Assembly: GCA_964653685.1 (NCBI GenBank) | Contig: CAZZHA010000002.1 | Location: forward strand, 1 to 44,083 | Length of the DNA: 44,083 nucleotides | Reading direction: 5' to 3' | From: an uncultured Gammaproteobacteria bacterium | GTDB taxonomy: Bacteria; Patescibacteriota; Microgenomatia; PFEM01; JAHIFH01 | In this document: positions 8,653 through 16,913 of the stretch, one piece after another | Numbering within the stretch: position 1 is the first letter of the stretch | Layout of the letters: every line of letters starts with the position of its first letter | Made by a program: the position numbers and the translations under genes | The notes under the pieces: model-generated | Seen by the model: the letters and a program-made list of their open reading frames with translations, nothing else | Database searches by the model: none | What the model was told of the DNA's origin: nothing

Positions 8653-8838
8653 ATGGCAACCGTGGTACGTAAAAAACCAGGAGAATCTGATGATAAGCTT
8701 ATCGCTAAGTTTCGGAAAAAAGTTCAAGCAGAACAATTGTTAACCGAAATTAAGGAATTAGAATATTACGAAAAACCATCAGTTAAGAAAAAAAAGCAAA
8801 AAGCAGAATTAAGAAGAAGACGAGTAAAGAGGTATTAA
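8653..8838 (+). CDS. rpsU: 30S ribosomal protein S21
   Basis: MATVVRKKPGESDDKLIAKFRKKV...ELRRRRVKRY is a typical S21. The ATG at 8653 follows the HIT stop and SD GGAGGGAGG. Confidence 0.85.
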   Translation: MATVVRKKPGESDDKLIAKFRKKVQAEQLLTEIKELEYYEKPSVKKKKQKAELRRRRVKRY

Positions 8839-9278
8839 TGAAAGATAAAATTCAGTCAGATTTAAATCAGGCCTTGAAAGAGAAAAAGGAGAACGTTGTT
8901 TCGACCTTACGTTTGCTGTTGGCCGAGATTCACAATCAGGAGATCGCTAAACAGAGCCAATTAAGTGAAGAAGAAATTATTGGCTTGATTCAAAAAGAAA
9001 TTAAACAAAGAAAAGAATCAATTGAAGCTTATCAAAAAGGGAAGCGAAGTGACTTAGTGGCTAAAGAAAAAGAAGAATTGGCCACATTGAATAAATATCT
9101 TCCTCAACAATTATCTGCCGAAGAGCTGGAAACAATGGTCCAATCGGTGATTAAGGAGATTGGTGCCAGTGGGCTAGGCGATTTTGGTAAGGTAATGGGA
9201 GCGGTGATGGCCAAAGTTAAAGGTCAAGCTGATGGCCAGACCGTAAGCGAGGCTGTTAAAAAGGTTTTAAGTCAATGA
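8838..9278 (+). CDS. yqeY: GatB/YqeY domain protein
   Basis: Contains KEKKENVVSTLRLLLAEIHNQEI...LNKYLPQQLSAEELE...GKVMGAVMAKVKGQADG. Canonical rpsU-yqeY neighbourhood. Confidence 0.8.
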   Translation: MKDKIQSDLNQALKEKKENVVSTLRLLLAEIHNQEIAKQSQLSEEEIIGLIQKEIKQRKESIEAYQKGKRSDLVAKEKEELATLNKYLPQQLSAEELETMVQSVIKEIGASGLGDFGKVMGAVMAKVKGQADGQTVSEAVKKVLSQ

Positions 9279-9316
9279 TACCCTCTGATATATTTATTAA
9301 TAGTTGACAGCTTTGA

Positions 9317-9730
9317 ATGATTTCCGTTTTAATAAAGCCAACCAATCGCTCTCCTGTACAGAACAATAGAGACCAAAAGATAATTAAATCATTCTTAGAA
9401 AAAGAAAAGATTGATAACGTTGAAGTCAGTTTGATCTTTGTTAAGAGTCAAGCAATGCGGCAATTGAATAAACACTATCGAGGGATTGATCAAGTGACCA
9501 CGGTTTTGACTTTTTCCCAGCAGGAGAAAAAAGAGGGGCAGGCTTTTCCAGAGTCCCCTAGAAAGTTAAAGATTTTAGGCGATCTTATTATTTGTTTAGA
9601 AGAAGCCGAAAAAAAAGGTTATTCTCTTGAAGAATTATTAGTTCATGGATTAAAGAATCTAATCAAAGTTAATGAAAGACAACCGGGTTTATCATCTCAA
9701 ATATCGTCCTCAAAAAATCTCCGAACTTGA
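9317..9730 (+). CDS. ybeY: YbeY-like protein lacking the catalytic His triad (possibly inactive or decaying)
   Basis: LNKHYRGIDQVTTVLTF...LGDLIICLEEA...LLVHG matches YbeY up to the first His. The expected HGxLHLxGYDH is replaced by HGLKNLIKVNE. The tail overlaps dnaX by 59 nt. Confidence 0.55.
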   Translation: MISVLIKPTNRSPVQNNRDQKIIKSFLEKEKIDNVEVSLIFVKSQAMRQLNKHYRGIDQVTTVLTFSQQEKKEGQAFPESPRKLKILGDLIICLEEAEKKGYSLEELLVHGLKNLIKVNERQPGLSSQISSSKNLRT

Positions 9731-11144
9731 TTTAACTGATGTTCGCGAAACTCTAACTAAAGTCTTGAAGTCCAAAAAAATTCCTCATGCCTTGCTTTTT
9801 TCTGGACCCAGGGGAATTGGTAAGACTTCAGCCGCCAGGGTCATGGCCAAAGCGATTAATTGTGTTGGTAAGAAAAAAGATTATGAACCTTGCAATCGTT
9901 GTCAAATTTGTCAGTCAATTACTGAAGGTCGGGCGCTTGACTTAATTGAAATTGATGCTGCTTCGAATCGCGGCATTGATGATGTTCGAGAGTTGCGAGA
10001 TAAAATTAAACTGGCTCCCAGCGAGTGTCACTACAAGGTTTACATTATTGATGAAGTTCATATGTTGACTAGGGAGGCTTTTAATGCCTTATTAAAAACT
10101 TTAGAAGAACCGCCCGAGCATGCGGTTTTTATTCTTTGTACGACCGCCCCAGAGAAATTACCAGATACGATTATTTCTCGTTGTCTCCGTCTGAATTTTA
10201 AGAAAGCGGTTGAGGATGAAGTGTTTCGGTCTTTAAAGAGGGTCATCAAAGGAGAAGAACTTAAAGTAGAAAAAGGGGTTTTGGAGGAAATCGCCAAGTC
10301 GACTGATGGTAGTTTTCGGGATGCCCAAAAGATCCTTGATCAGTTGGCCATGGAAAAAAAGAAAATCAGTTTGGCAAAAACAAAGGAACTTTTAGGTAAA
10401 GTCGAAGCCACAGCGCCAGGCAAGTTATTACAGTTTTTAGTGGAAAAAAACTTAAAGAATTCTCTTTTGGAGATTGATCGGGTTGTTTCTTTGGGAGCTG
10501 ATTTAACTCAATATTGTCAGGAAGTTTTAGATAAACTTCGTTTGGGTTTGTTGACCCAGGCCGGTTTAACGGAAATTAGTCCACCTGAAGAAGTTAAGGG
10601 TTTTAGTATCAGCGAATTGACTGGTTTGATTCGTCTTTTTTCTCAAGCCGCCAATGATTTAAAGACCAATCCCATTCCTCAATTACCCTTAGAGTTAGTG
10701 GTGGTTGAGTGGTTGAATATTGAACCAAAAGAGATCCCAGGGGAAACAAAAAAAATTGAGCAAAACCCAGTCAATAATCAAAAGTCTAGCCGTCAGGACA
10801 GTGAATTGTTTAAGGAGATTGAAAACCATTGGCAAGAAGTCCTTGATGGCGTCAGGCCGCTTAATCATTCGGTTGAGGCTCTTCTAAAGGCGAGTCGGCC
10901 AGCCAGTCTTCAGGGCAGTATTTTGGTTCTCGAAGTCTTTTATAAATTTCATAAAGAAAGATTAGAAACCGATAAATGTCGGTCAGTAGTCGAAGAGGTG
11001 GTTAGTGAGGTGGCTAACAAACCCCTTAAACTGCGTTGCATTTTAGGTCAGAAAGAAGAAACACCAATTCCAGTTAAGGAAGAAGAATCAGAATCAGATG
11101 TTTTTCAGGTAGCCGAAGAAATTTTTGGCACCCGGCCTAATTGA
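9672..11144 (+). CDS. dnaX: DNA polymerase III subunit gamma/tau
   Basis: YRPQKISEL, Walker A GPRGIGKTSAARVMAKAINC, Zn module CNRCQICQSI, and the SRC motif (IISRCLRL). Confidence 0.9.
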   Translation: MKDNRVYHLKYRPQKISELDLTDVRETLTKVLKSKKIPHALLFSGPRGIGKTSAARVMAKAINCVGKKKDYEPCNRCQICQSITEGRALDLIEIDAASNRGIDDVRELRDKIKLAPSECHYKVYIIDEVHMLTREAFNALLKTLEEPPEHAVFILCTTAPEKLPDTIISRCLRLNFKKAVEDEVFRSLKRVIKGEELKVEKGVLEEIAKSTDGSFRDAQKILDQLAMEKKKISLAKTKELLGKVEATAPGKLLQFLVEKNLKNSLLEIDRVVSLGADLTQYCQEVLDKLRLGLLTQAGLTEISPPEEVKGFSISELTGLIRLFSQAANDLKTNPIPQLPLELVVVEWLNIEPKEIPGETKKIEQNPVNNQKSSRQDSELFKEIENHWQEVLDGVRPLNHSVEALLKASRPASLQGSILVLEVFYKFHKERLETDKCRSVVEEVVSEVANKPLKLRCILGQKEETPIPVKEEESESDVFQVAEEIFGTRPN

Positions 11145-11176
11145 CAAAGTCTTCTTGATTGGTTATCCTTTTCTCA

Positions 11177-11461
11177 ATGGGAATTACGGATTCATTTCAA
11201 CAAATGAGAGACTTGAAAAAGATGCGCGATCAAGCGCTGGCTATTCAACGGGAATTGGCAGCTGAAGAAGTCGCAGTTGAAGATAAGGGTATTAAAGTGG
11301 TCATTACCGGTGATCAAAAAATCCAAACTATTGAGATTGAGGGAGAAAAAAAGGATGATTTGATTGAGATTTTAAACAAAGCGATTAAGAAATCTCAAGA
11401 AGTTGCGGCCCAAAAATTACAGCAAATGGGTGGAGGACTAGGCAGTTTGTTAGGGAAGTAA
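11177..11461 (+). CDS. ybaB: nucleoid-associated protein YbaB/EbfC
   Basis: About 94 aa with QQMRDLKKMRDQALAIQRELAAEEV...GIKVVITGDQKI. Canonical dnaX-ybaB-recR context. The ATG at 11177 is preferred to the track start at 11159. Confidence 0.8.
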   Translation: MGITDSFQQMRDLKKMRDQALAIQRELAAEEVAVEDKGIKVVITGDQKIQTIEIEGEKKDDLIEILNKAIKKSQEVAAQKLQQMGGGLGSLLGK

Positions 11462-11492
11462 GAAAAAATTATTATTTGTTTTTTTGAATTTT

Positions 11493-11520
11493 ATTCGCCT
11501 TCTTTTGGCGAATTTTTTAT
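11493..11520 (+). terminator. intrinsic terminator after ybaB
   Basis: ATTCGCC-TTCTTTT-GGCGAAT hairpin followed by TTTTTTAT. Confidence 0.7.
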
Positions 11521-11614
11521 GGAGGAAGAAGTTTGAGTAGGCGGTAACGATTGTGGTGGTTCGTGGGTTTCCCGAGAGAGGGAATCACGATCTTCGCTAC
11601 CGCCTAGCTCTTTC

Positions 11615-11899
11615 TCACCAGCTATTTCTGAAGCTGATGAAGATTGTGGTTCGGGGAAACCTTTGTTTCCTGACACTCTCTATGGCTTCCATGATCGAAC
11701 CCTCTGGTAGAGCTTTATCTCTGAAGACGGTAACACGGACAACTCTTTCGTTTGTATTTCCGATCTTCAGAGTTGGCTCAAATGCTTGAGTTTCAACCGA
11801 AGCCTCTCCTTGGCTTCTTTTGATGATCTCATGCACTGCCTGGCTGATACTATTCAGGGGTTTAGGCCCCTGAATTTGGACGTAGATTTTTGCCATCAT
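11615..11899 (-). CDS. hypothetical small protein (94 aa as read; may continue in the +1 frame to 11491)
   Basis: Strong SD (AAGGGAGAAG) before ATGATG and its own TTGATT-17-TATAAT promoter. No family recognised. Confidence 0.55.
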   Translation of the reverse strand: MMAKIYVQIQGPKPLNSISQAVHEIIKRSQGEASVETQAFEPTLKIGNTNERVVRVTVFRDKALPEGSIMEAIESVRKQRFPRTTIFISFRNSW

Positions 11900-11948
11900 C
11901 TTCTCCCTTCGTTTCCTTATGACTGTGTATCAGGCCAATTTGAAAGGC

Positions 11949-11977
11949 ATTATAAACTGTTTTTGTTCAATAATCAA
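11949..11977 (-). promoter_or_regulatory. promoter of the minus-strand small gene
   Basis: On the minus strand: TTGATT (11977-11972), a 17 nt spacer, then TATAAT (11954-11949). Confidence 0.5.
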
Positions 11978-12010
11978 TCTTATAGGATTATTTGGTTTCT
12001 TAGTTTATTC

Positions 12011-12019
12011 TGTTATAAT
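12011..12019 (+). promoter_or_regulatory. extended -10 promoter 7 nt upstream of the recR ATG (leaderless configuration)
   Basis: TG-T-TATAAT (12011-12019), then ttctctg, then ATG at 12027. Confidence 0.5.
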
Positions 12020-12026
12020 TTCTCTG

Positions 12027-12623
12027 ATGAATCTTCCCAGGCCAGTGCGAAAATTAATTGAGTCTTTTGAAAAATTACCAGGGATTGGGCCAAAGACAGC
12101 TCAGCGTTTAACTTTTTATCTATTTCATGTCCCTCAAAAACAGTTAGATGATTTTGCTGAATCTTTAGAGACCTTGAAGAAAAACACGGTTCTTTGTTCA
12201 ATTTGTTTGAATATTGCCGAAGTTGATCCTTGTCCAATTTGTTCTAGTCAAAATCGGGACAAGTCCCTTATTTGTGTGGTTGAACAACCTTTGGATGTTT
12301 TGGCTTTGGAAAAGACCGGTGAATACAAAGGGGTTTATCATGTTCTTCATGGGGCCATTTCGCCTCTAAATAATATTGGTCCGGATGAGCTCCATATTCG
12401 AGAGTTATTACCTCGTTTGAAAAATGGAGAGGTAAAAGAGGTGATTCTGGCGACTAACCCTAATATGGAAGGTGAAGCCACGGCCATGTATGTTGCTAAG
12501 TTAATTAAACCCTTAGAAATTAAAGTGACTCGTTTAGCTCATGGCTTACCAGTGGGCGCTGATTTAGAGTATGCCGATGAAGTCACCCTGAGCAGGGCAA
12601 TTGAGGGAAGAAGAAAATATTAG
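12027..12623 (+). CDS. recR: recombination protein RecR
   Basis: LIESFEKLPGIGPKTAQRLTFYL (HhH), the Zn finger CSICLNIAEVDPCPIC, and a Toprim region (VVEQPLDVLALE). At 198 aa from the ATG at 12027, it matches canonical RecR length. Confidence 0.9.
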   Translation: MNLPRPVRKLIESFEKLPGIGPKTAQRLTFYLFHVPQKQLDDFAESLETLKKNTVLCSICLNIAEVDPCPICSSQNRDKSLICVVEQPLDVLALEKTGEYKGVYHVLHGAISPLNNIGPDELHIRELLPRLKNGEVKEVILATNPNMEGEATAMYVAKLIKPLEIKVTRLAHGLPVGADLEYADEVTLSRAIEGRRKY

Positions 12624-12624
12624 A

Positions 12625-12810
12625 TTATCTTAAATTATCTCCCCAATGTGGTCCCATTTTCGGAGGTACAGTTTTTCCCTCTTCTGGCTTTTTAGGTTTT
12701 TCCATTCCGATTTTCATTAAAGGGTGTTCTGAATGGAGTCTATCCATTGTTAGGCTATCTAGACCAACACCTGAACTGAAATCTTTTCTTGTTCCAGTAT
12801 CTTCTGCCAT
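12625..12810 (-). CDS. hypothetical small protein (61 aa)
   Basis: The ATG at 12810 is preceded by SD AAGGAGG with a 5 nt spacer. The longer track ORF (to 12873) lacks this support. Confidence 0.45.
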   Translation of the reverse strand: MAEDTGTRKDFSSGVGLDSLTMDRLHSEHPLMKIGMEKPKKPEEGKTVPPKMGPHWGDNLR

Positions 12811-12899
12811 TTTGCCTCCTTTGTGAAAATTTTTAACTATCTTCAGGTTAATAATAGTTTTCACCTTTGTCAAGGGGCGTTTAGGAAAAATTAGTTTTG

Positions 12900-12908
12900 T
12901 GTTAAAAT
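12900..12908 (+). promoter_or_regulatory. extended -10 promoter 9 nt upstream of the ATG at 12918
   Basis: TG-T-TAAAAT, then taatttaag, then ATG. Confidence 0.4.
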
Positions 12909-12917
12909 TAATTTAAG

Positions 12918-13373
12918 ATGCCCAAAGTTGCTAGAGATCTTGCTCGACAGGCGGCTCAACAAGCTAGAGATTTGGGAGAAGAAATCCTTAGAGAAGGTTT
13001 AGAACAGCCTGGTAAAATATTGGAAACTGCGGCTAAACAGATAGGTATTTTGCCAAAAGGTTGGGGTGAGAATTTAGGACCTCTAGTTTCTCAAGAGGCG
13101 ATTGGGAAAAAGAGAAGTGAGGTTGAGGAAAAGCAAGAAAAAGAATTAGCCTTTTGGCGTCAAAGAAAAAGAGAGTTGGCTAGTAGGCCTAGGGAGGCTG
13201 TTATTTCCCGAGAGGAAATTGAAAAACAAGAAAAACAAAAAGGATTAATGGAGTCAGCGGAAAAGGAAAAACCCTTGCCTGAAACTCCTAGCCGGACGGC
13301 TCGGGGCTCAGCCTTTTTACCTTTAAGGGTCAGGAAAAGTCAAGGGACCGGTGAAGTTAAAGGCGGTATTTAA
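12918..13373 (+). CDS. hypothetical highly charged protein (151 aa)
   Basis: ORF only. The Lys/Glu/Arg-rich composition is probably helical or disordered. Confidence 0.45.
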   Translation: MPKVARDLARQAAQQARDLGEEILREGLEQPGKILETAAKQIGILPKGWGENLGPLVSQEAIGKKRSEVEEKQEKELAFWRQRKRELASRPREAVISREEIEKQEKQKGLMESAEKEKPLPETPSRTARGSAFLPLRVRKSQGTGEVKGGI

Positions 13374-13381
13374 ATATTCGA

Positions 13382-14758
13382 ATGAAAGTTAAGCTTTACA
13401 ATACTCTAACTAAAAAGATTGAAGAATTTAAACCCTTGAAGTCGGATTTTGTCCGTCAGTATGACTGTGGACCAACCGTTTATTGGTATGCCCATATTGG
13501 CAATATGTGGCGCTATCTTATTTCTGATTTTTTACGACGAACTTTAGAATACAATGGTTATCAGGTCAAACAGGTGATGAATATTACTGATGTTGGTCAT
13601 TTAACTGAAGATGATTTGGCCGCGGATACTGGTCTTGATAAGATGGAAGTGGCGGCTAAAAAAGAAAAGAAGACGCCTGAAGAGATTGCGGCTTTTTACA
13701 CTCAGGCTTTTTTTAAAGATACGGAAAGACTTAATCTTCTTCAGCCTCAAGTGACCCCCAAAGCCACTGACCATATTGAGGAGATGATTGAGTTGGTTAA
13801 GATTTTAGAGAAAAAAGGCTATGCCTATTGGGCCGGTGATAAATATTTTGTTTATAATATTGCCAAGTTTAAGCATTACGGTCAGCTTTCTGGAAAGAAA
13901 CTAGACGAACTTCAGTCAGGCGCTAGGTTAGAGGCCGTACCTGGAAAAAAGAATCCTTTTGATTTTGCTTTATGGATTAAAGACCCCAAGCATTTAATGC
14001 ATTGGGATTCGCCTTGGGGAAGAGGCTATCCTGGTTGGCATTTGGAGTGTTCAGCTATGTCCATGAAATATTTGGGGCCAACTTTAGATATTCATACGGG
14101 GGGTGAGGATAATATTTTTCCTCACCATGAGAATGAGATTGCTCAATCAGAAGCGGCGACAGGCAAGAAGTTTGTTCGCTCTTGGCTCCATATTCGTCAT
14201 AACTTAGTTGATGGGGTGAAGATGAGTAAATCTAAAGGCAATGTCTATTTAATTCAGGATTTAATTGATCAGGGTTATGATCCTTTAGCTTTTCGTTACT
14301 TGTGTTTGACCGTTCATTATCGTAAGAATTTTAATTTTACCTGGAAGTCCTTGACTGGAGCGGAAAAAGCCCTTAATAAATTACGCCAGCAAATAGTGGC
14401 CTGGCCAGCTGGCAAAAAAACAATTTCTCAATTTGAAAAGAAGTTTTTAGAAGCGATTAATCGTGATTTGGAAATGCCCAGGGCTTTAGCGGTTGTTTGG
14501 GATTTGCTAAAATCAAATTATCCGGATTCGGAAAAGAAAGCGACTCTTTTGAAATTTGATCAAGTTTTAGGTTTGGGCTTAGCTGATTATCGATTGGCCA
14601 AACCGCCTAAAAAAGTGGAGGCTTTGGTTAAGAAAAGAGAAACGTTAAGAAAAAAAGAAAAGTGGCAAGAAGCAGATAAGGTAAGACAAGAAATTAAAAA
14701 ACTAGGCTGGCAACTTGAAGATACCAGTCAAGGAGTAAAATTAAAACCAGTTTCATGA
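13382..14758 (+). CDS. cysS: cysteinyl-tRNA synthetase
   Basis: Class I signatures HIGN (YAHIGNMW) and KMSKS. Also WHLECSAM and GGEDNIFPHHENEIAQSEA, typical of CysRS. Confidence 0.95.
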   Translation: MKVKLYNTLTKKIEEFKPLKSDFVRQYDCGPTVYWYAHIGNMWRYLISDFLRRTLEYNGYQVKQVMNITDVGHLTEDDLAADTGLDKMEVAAKKEKKTPEEIAAFYTQAFFKDTERLNLLQPQVTPKATDHIEEMIELVKILEKKGYAYWAGDKYFVYNIAKFKHYGQLSGKKLDELQSGARLEAVPGKKNPFDFALWIKDPKHLMHWDSPWGRGYPGWHLECSAMSMKYLGPTLDIHTGGEDNIFPHHENEIAQSEAATGKKFVRSWLHIRHNLVDGVKMSKSKGNVYLIQDLIDQGYDPLAFRYLCLTVHYRKNFNFTWKSLTGAEKALNKLRQQIVAWPAGKKTISQFEKKFLEAINRDLEMPRALAVVWDLLKSNYPDSEKKATLLKFDQVLGLGLADYRLAKPPKKVEALVKKRETLRKKEKWQEADKVRQEIKKLGWQLEDTSQGVKLKPVS

Positions 14759-15432
14759 AAGAAAGAACCCTGCCCGTTATCTTGCTCGTTTTCTTAGGCT
14801 TAGTCGTGATTAATTTAATGGCTTTGGATGTGCTCTGGCTTCGCTCCCAAAAACCTCAATCAAAAGAAAAAAACCTTTCGCCTTTAACTTCGGCTGAGAC
14901 AGGTTCGTCTTTAGATGATTCGGTCACCGCCGCGGTTGATACTTGTGGTCCAATTTGTCAACAACTAATTGGCCAAAGAGTAGCCGAATTAGGAGCGACT
15001 CTTTCTGGAAAAGAAAGAACCACCCCAACACCAGTGACTCCTGTTTCAACCGGTTCGACTTCTCAACCAACCGTGATTTATATTCCTTTAGGCGGTGGTG
15101 GCTCAACCACCAGTCGGGATTGGGCTGATGTCGGTAACGCAGAGATTTATTTGGATGTTACTAATTATCCTAATCTTGACAAGGCTTACTTTGAGGCTTT
15201 TATCCGGGTTCAGCACGGTAATGGTACTGCTTTTGCCAGACTTTATGATGTGACCCATAATATTGGAGTTCAGGGAGGCGAAGTTTCGACTGGTAGTGAG
15301 AGTTTTGCTTTAGTGGAATCTGGTTCTTTAAATTTTTGGCAAGGTAAAAATCTTTATCGAGTTCAGGTCAAATCCTTGACTGGCTATGAAGCCTTTTATG
15401 ATTCTGGTAGAATAAAATTAATCTTGAAATAA
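14755..15432 (+). CDS. membrane-anchored hypothetical protein with a beta-rich C-terminal domain
   Basis: N-terminal TM (LPVILLVFLGLVVINLMAL), a Thr/Pro-rich linker, then a C-terminal domain of about 110 aa. A 4 nt overlap with cysS. Confidence 0.55.
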   Translation: MKERTLPVILLVFLGLVVINLMALDVLWLRSQKPQSKEKNLSPLTSAETGSSLDDSVTAAVDTCGPICQQLIGQRVAELGATLSGKERTTPTPVTPVSTGSTSQPTVIYIPLGGGGSTTSRDWADVGNAEIYLDVTNYPNLDKAYFEAFIRVQHGNGTAFARLYDVTHNIGVQGGEVSTGSESFALVESGSLNFWQGKNLYRVQVKSLTGYEAFYDSGRIKLILK

Positions 15433-16083
15433 ATGAAGAATCTTTTAAAAAATAAAAAATTCTTAATCTCTCTTAGTGTTTTGTTTATTTTAATTATTCC
15501 AGCGATTTTGGTGGTTTTAAGTGCTACTTGGTTAGGTCAGAGTTGGATTCGGCCAGTCATTGAAGAAGAAGAATTGGTAGCCGAGTATGTTTCTCCTAGT
15601 GAGATTTTAGGAGATAAGGCTCAATATCAAGATAAATTTATAATAATTCAGGGAAGAGTGACCGAAGAAGATTTGGTTTGTGAAAGAAAAGAGTGTCCGC
15701 CTGATGATCCCTGCTGTGGTTGTAAGCATGAAAGAGATTTGGTGGTCAGTGATTCAGGGACAACCGTGGTTTCTCAATCTTCAGGTGTTCTTCGTTTATT
15801 GGGAGCAGACAAAGAATCATTTTGTCAACGAGTTAGTAATGCCTGCCATTATGATTGTGGTGACTGGCAGTCAGGTGAAGTTTATGAATTACGAGGTACT
15901 TTTAGAACCACCCCACCGCCACCAGGGTCGGGTTTAAGGATTTACTCTGATTCTTATTTTGAGGTTCAGGAAAAAAGATTAGTCAGGACTCTAGGAATTG
16001 TTGATCAGGTGAAATCCTTATTGATTGATTTGAAGAACATTATTCAGAGTACCAGAACCAGCGGTTATTATATTCTTCATTAA
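15433..16083 (+). CDS. membrane-anchored Cys-rich hypothetical protein
   Basis: N-terminal TM, then the Cys cluster CERKECPPDDPCCGCKHE...C...C..C. Starts 1 nt after the previous stop. Confidence 0.55.
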   Translation: MKNLLKNKKFLISLSVLFILIIPAILVVLSATWLGQSWIRPVIEEEELVAEYVSPSEILGDKAQYQDKFIIIQGRVTEEDLVCERKECPPDDPCCGCKHERDLVVSDSGTTVVSQSSGVLRLLGADKESFCQRVSNACHYDCGDWQSGEVYELRGTFRTTPPPPGSGLRIYSDSYFEVQEKRLVRTLGIVDQVKSLLIDLKNIIQSTRTSGYYILH

Positions 16084-16139
16084 GAGTCAGGAACTATTTG
16101 TTTGACAGAGAAAGGAAAATTTAATACGCTAATTAGAGA

Positions 16140-16913
16140 ATGAATCGACAACTGTTCTTTCAGAAAATCCTGGGGAAACGTTGGTTTAAATTGTCTTTTT
16201 TTGGACTACTTCTTTTATTTATTTTTCTGATTGGTTTGATTGTTTTTATTTTTTTGAAACCAGCTTCGCCTCCAGGCCGAGTTAGAGTTTCCAATGTCAC
16301 TGAAAATTCTTTGACGATTTCCTGGGTAACAGAAAAACCGGTTAGGGGGCAAATTTTTTTTACTGATCAAGATAATAAATTCCTTAGAACTTTGAAGTTT
16401 GGCTTAGGGATGATTATTCCTCAGATTCTCAAGCCAGAGTCTGATGATTTTAATTCTCCAGCCACGGTTCACTATGTGACTTTAAGTGGTTTAAGACCTA
16501 AGACAGAATATTATTACCGAATTAATTACAATTCTCGTTCTTACAAGCTTGACCAAAATGGTGAAATATTGCCTAGTATTAAAACCACTGAAACTTTAGC
16601 TGAATTACCAAGTAATTATCCAGCCTATGGTAGTCTTCTGGATTGGAATGAAGAAACCCCTCAAACTCCGGTTTTAGTTTATTTATCTCATCAAGACTCA
16701 TCTTTGATTTCTGGTTACACCAATTCAGAGGGGAATTGGTGTTTGAATTTAGGTAATCTGCGTACCAAAGACTTAGGCCAAGCCTTTAATTTTAGTCAGG
16801 AAAAAATGCTGACTTTTGAGGCTGAGGGAGGGGCATTAGGCTCAATTCAACAAGCGCTTTTTATAGATTATTGTCAACCCATGGCCAACATTATTTTAGA
16901 GATAAATGATTAA
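16140..16913 (+). CDS. membrane-anchored protein with an FN3 / purple-acid-phosphatase-N-like domain
   Basis: TM, then VRVSNVTENSLTISWVTEKPVRGQIFF...VHYVTLSGLRPKTEYYYRI, a fibronectin-III-type pattern. Confidence 0.6.
   Translation: MNRQLFFQKILGKRWFKLSFFGLLLLFIFLIGLIVFIFLKPASPPGRVRVSNVTENSLTISWVTEKPVRGQIFFTDQDNKFLRTLKFGLGMIIPQILKPESDDFNSPATVHYVTLSGLRPKTEYYYRINYNSRSYKLDQNGEILPSIKTTETLAELPSNYPAYGSLLDWNEETPQTPVLVYLSHQDSSLISGYTNSEGNWCLNLGNLRTKDLGQAFNFSQEKMLTFEAEGGALGSIQQALFIDYCQPMANIILEIND

Noticed and set aside
10355-10361. An in-frame A AAA AAG heptamer in dnaX, identical to the E. coli dnaX -1 frameshift site. The -1 frame would terminate about 13 codons later.
   Set aside because: It lies at about codon 228 of 490, inside the clamp-loader core, so the product would be too short to be a functional gamma. 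No upstream SD-like stimulator or downstream stem-loop is visible, and Lys-rich AT-rich coding sequence produces such runs by chance.
11553-12061. Plus-strand ORFs 11553-11789 and 11786-12061, and the long N-terminal extension of recR (11919).
   Set aside because: They are antisense to, or overlap, a minus-strand gene that has its own promoter and strong SD. They lack SDs, and the recR extension runs through the TGtTATAAT promoter. RecR from the ATG at 12027 has the canonical length.
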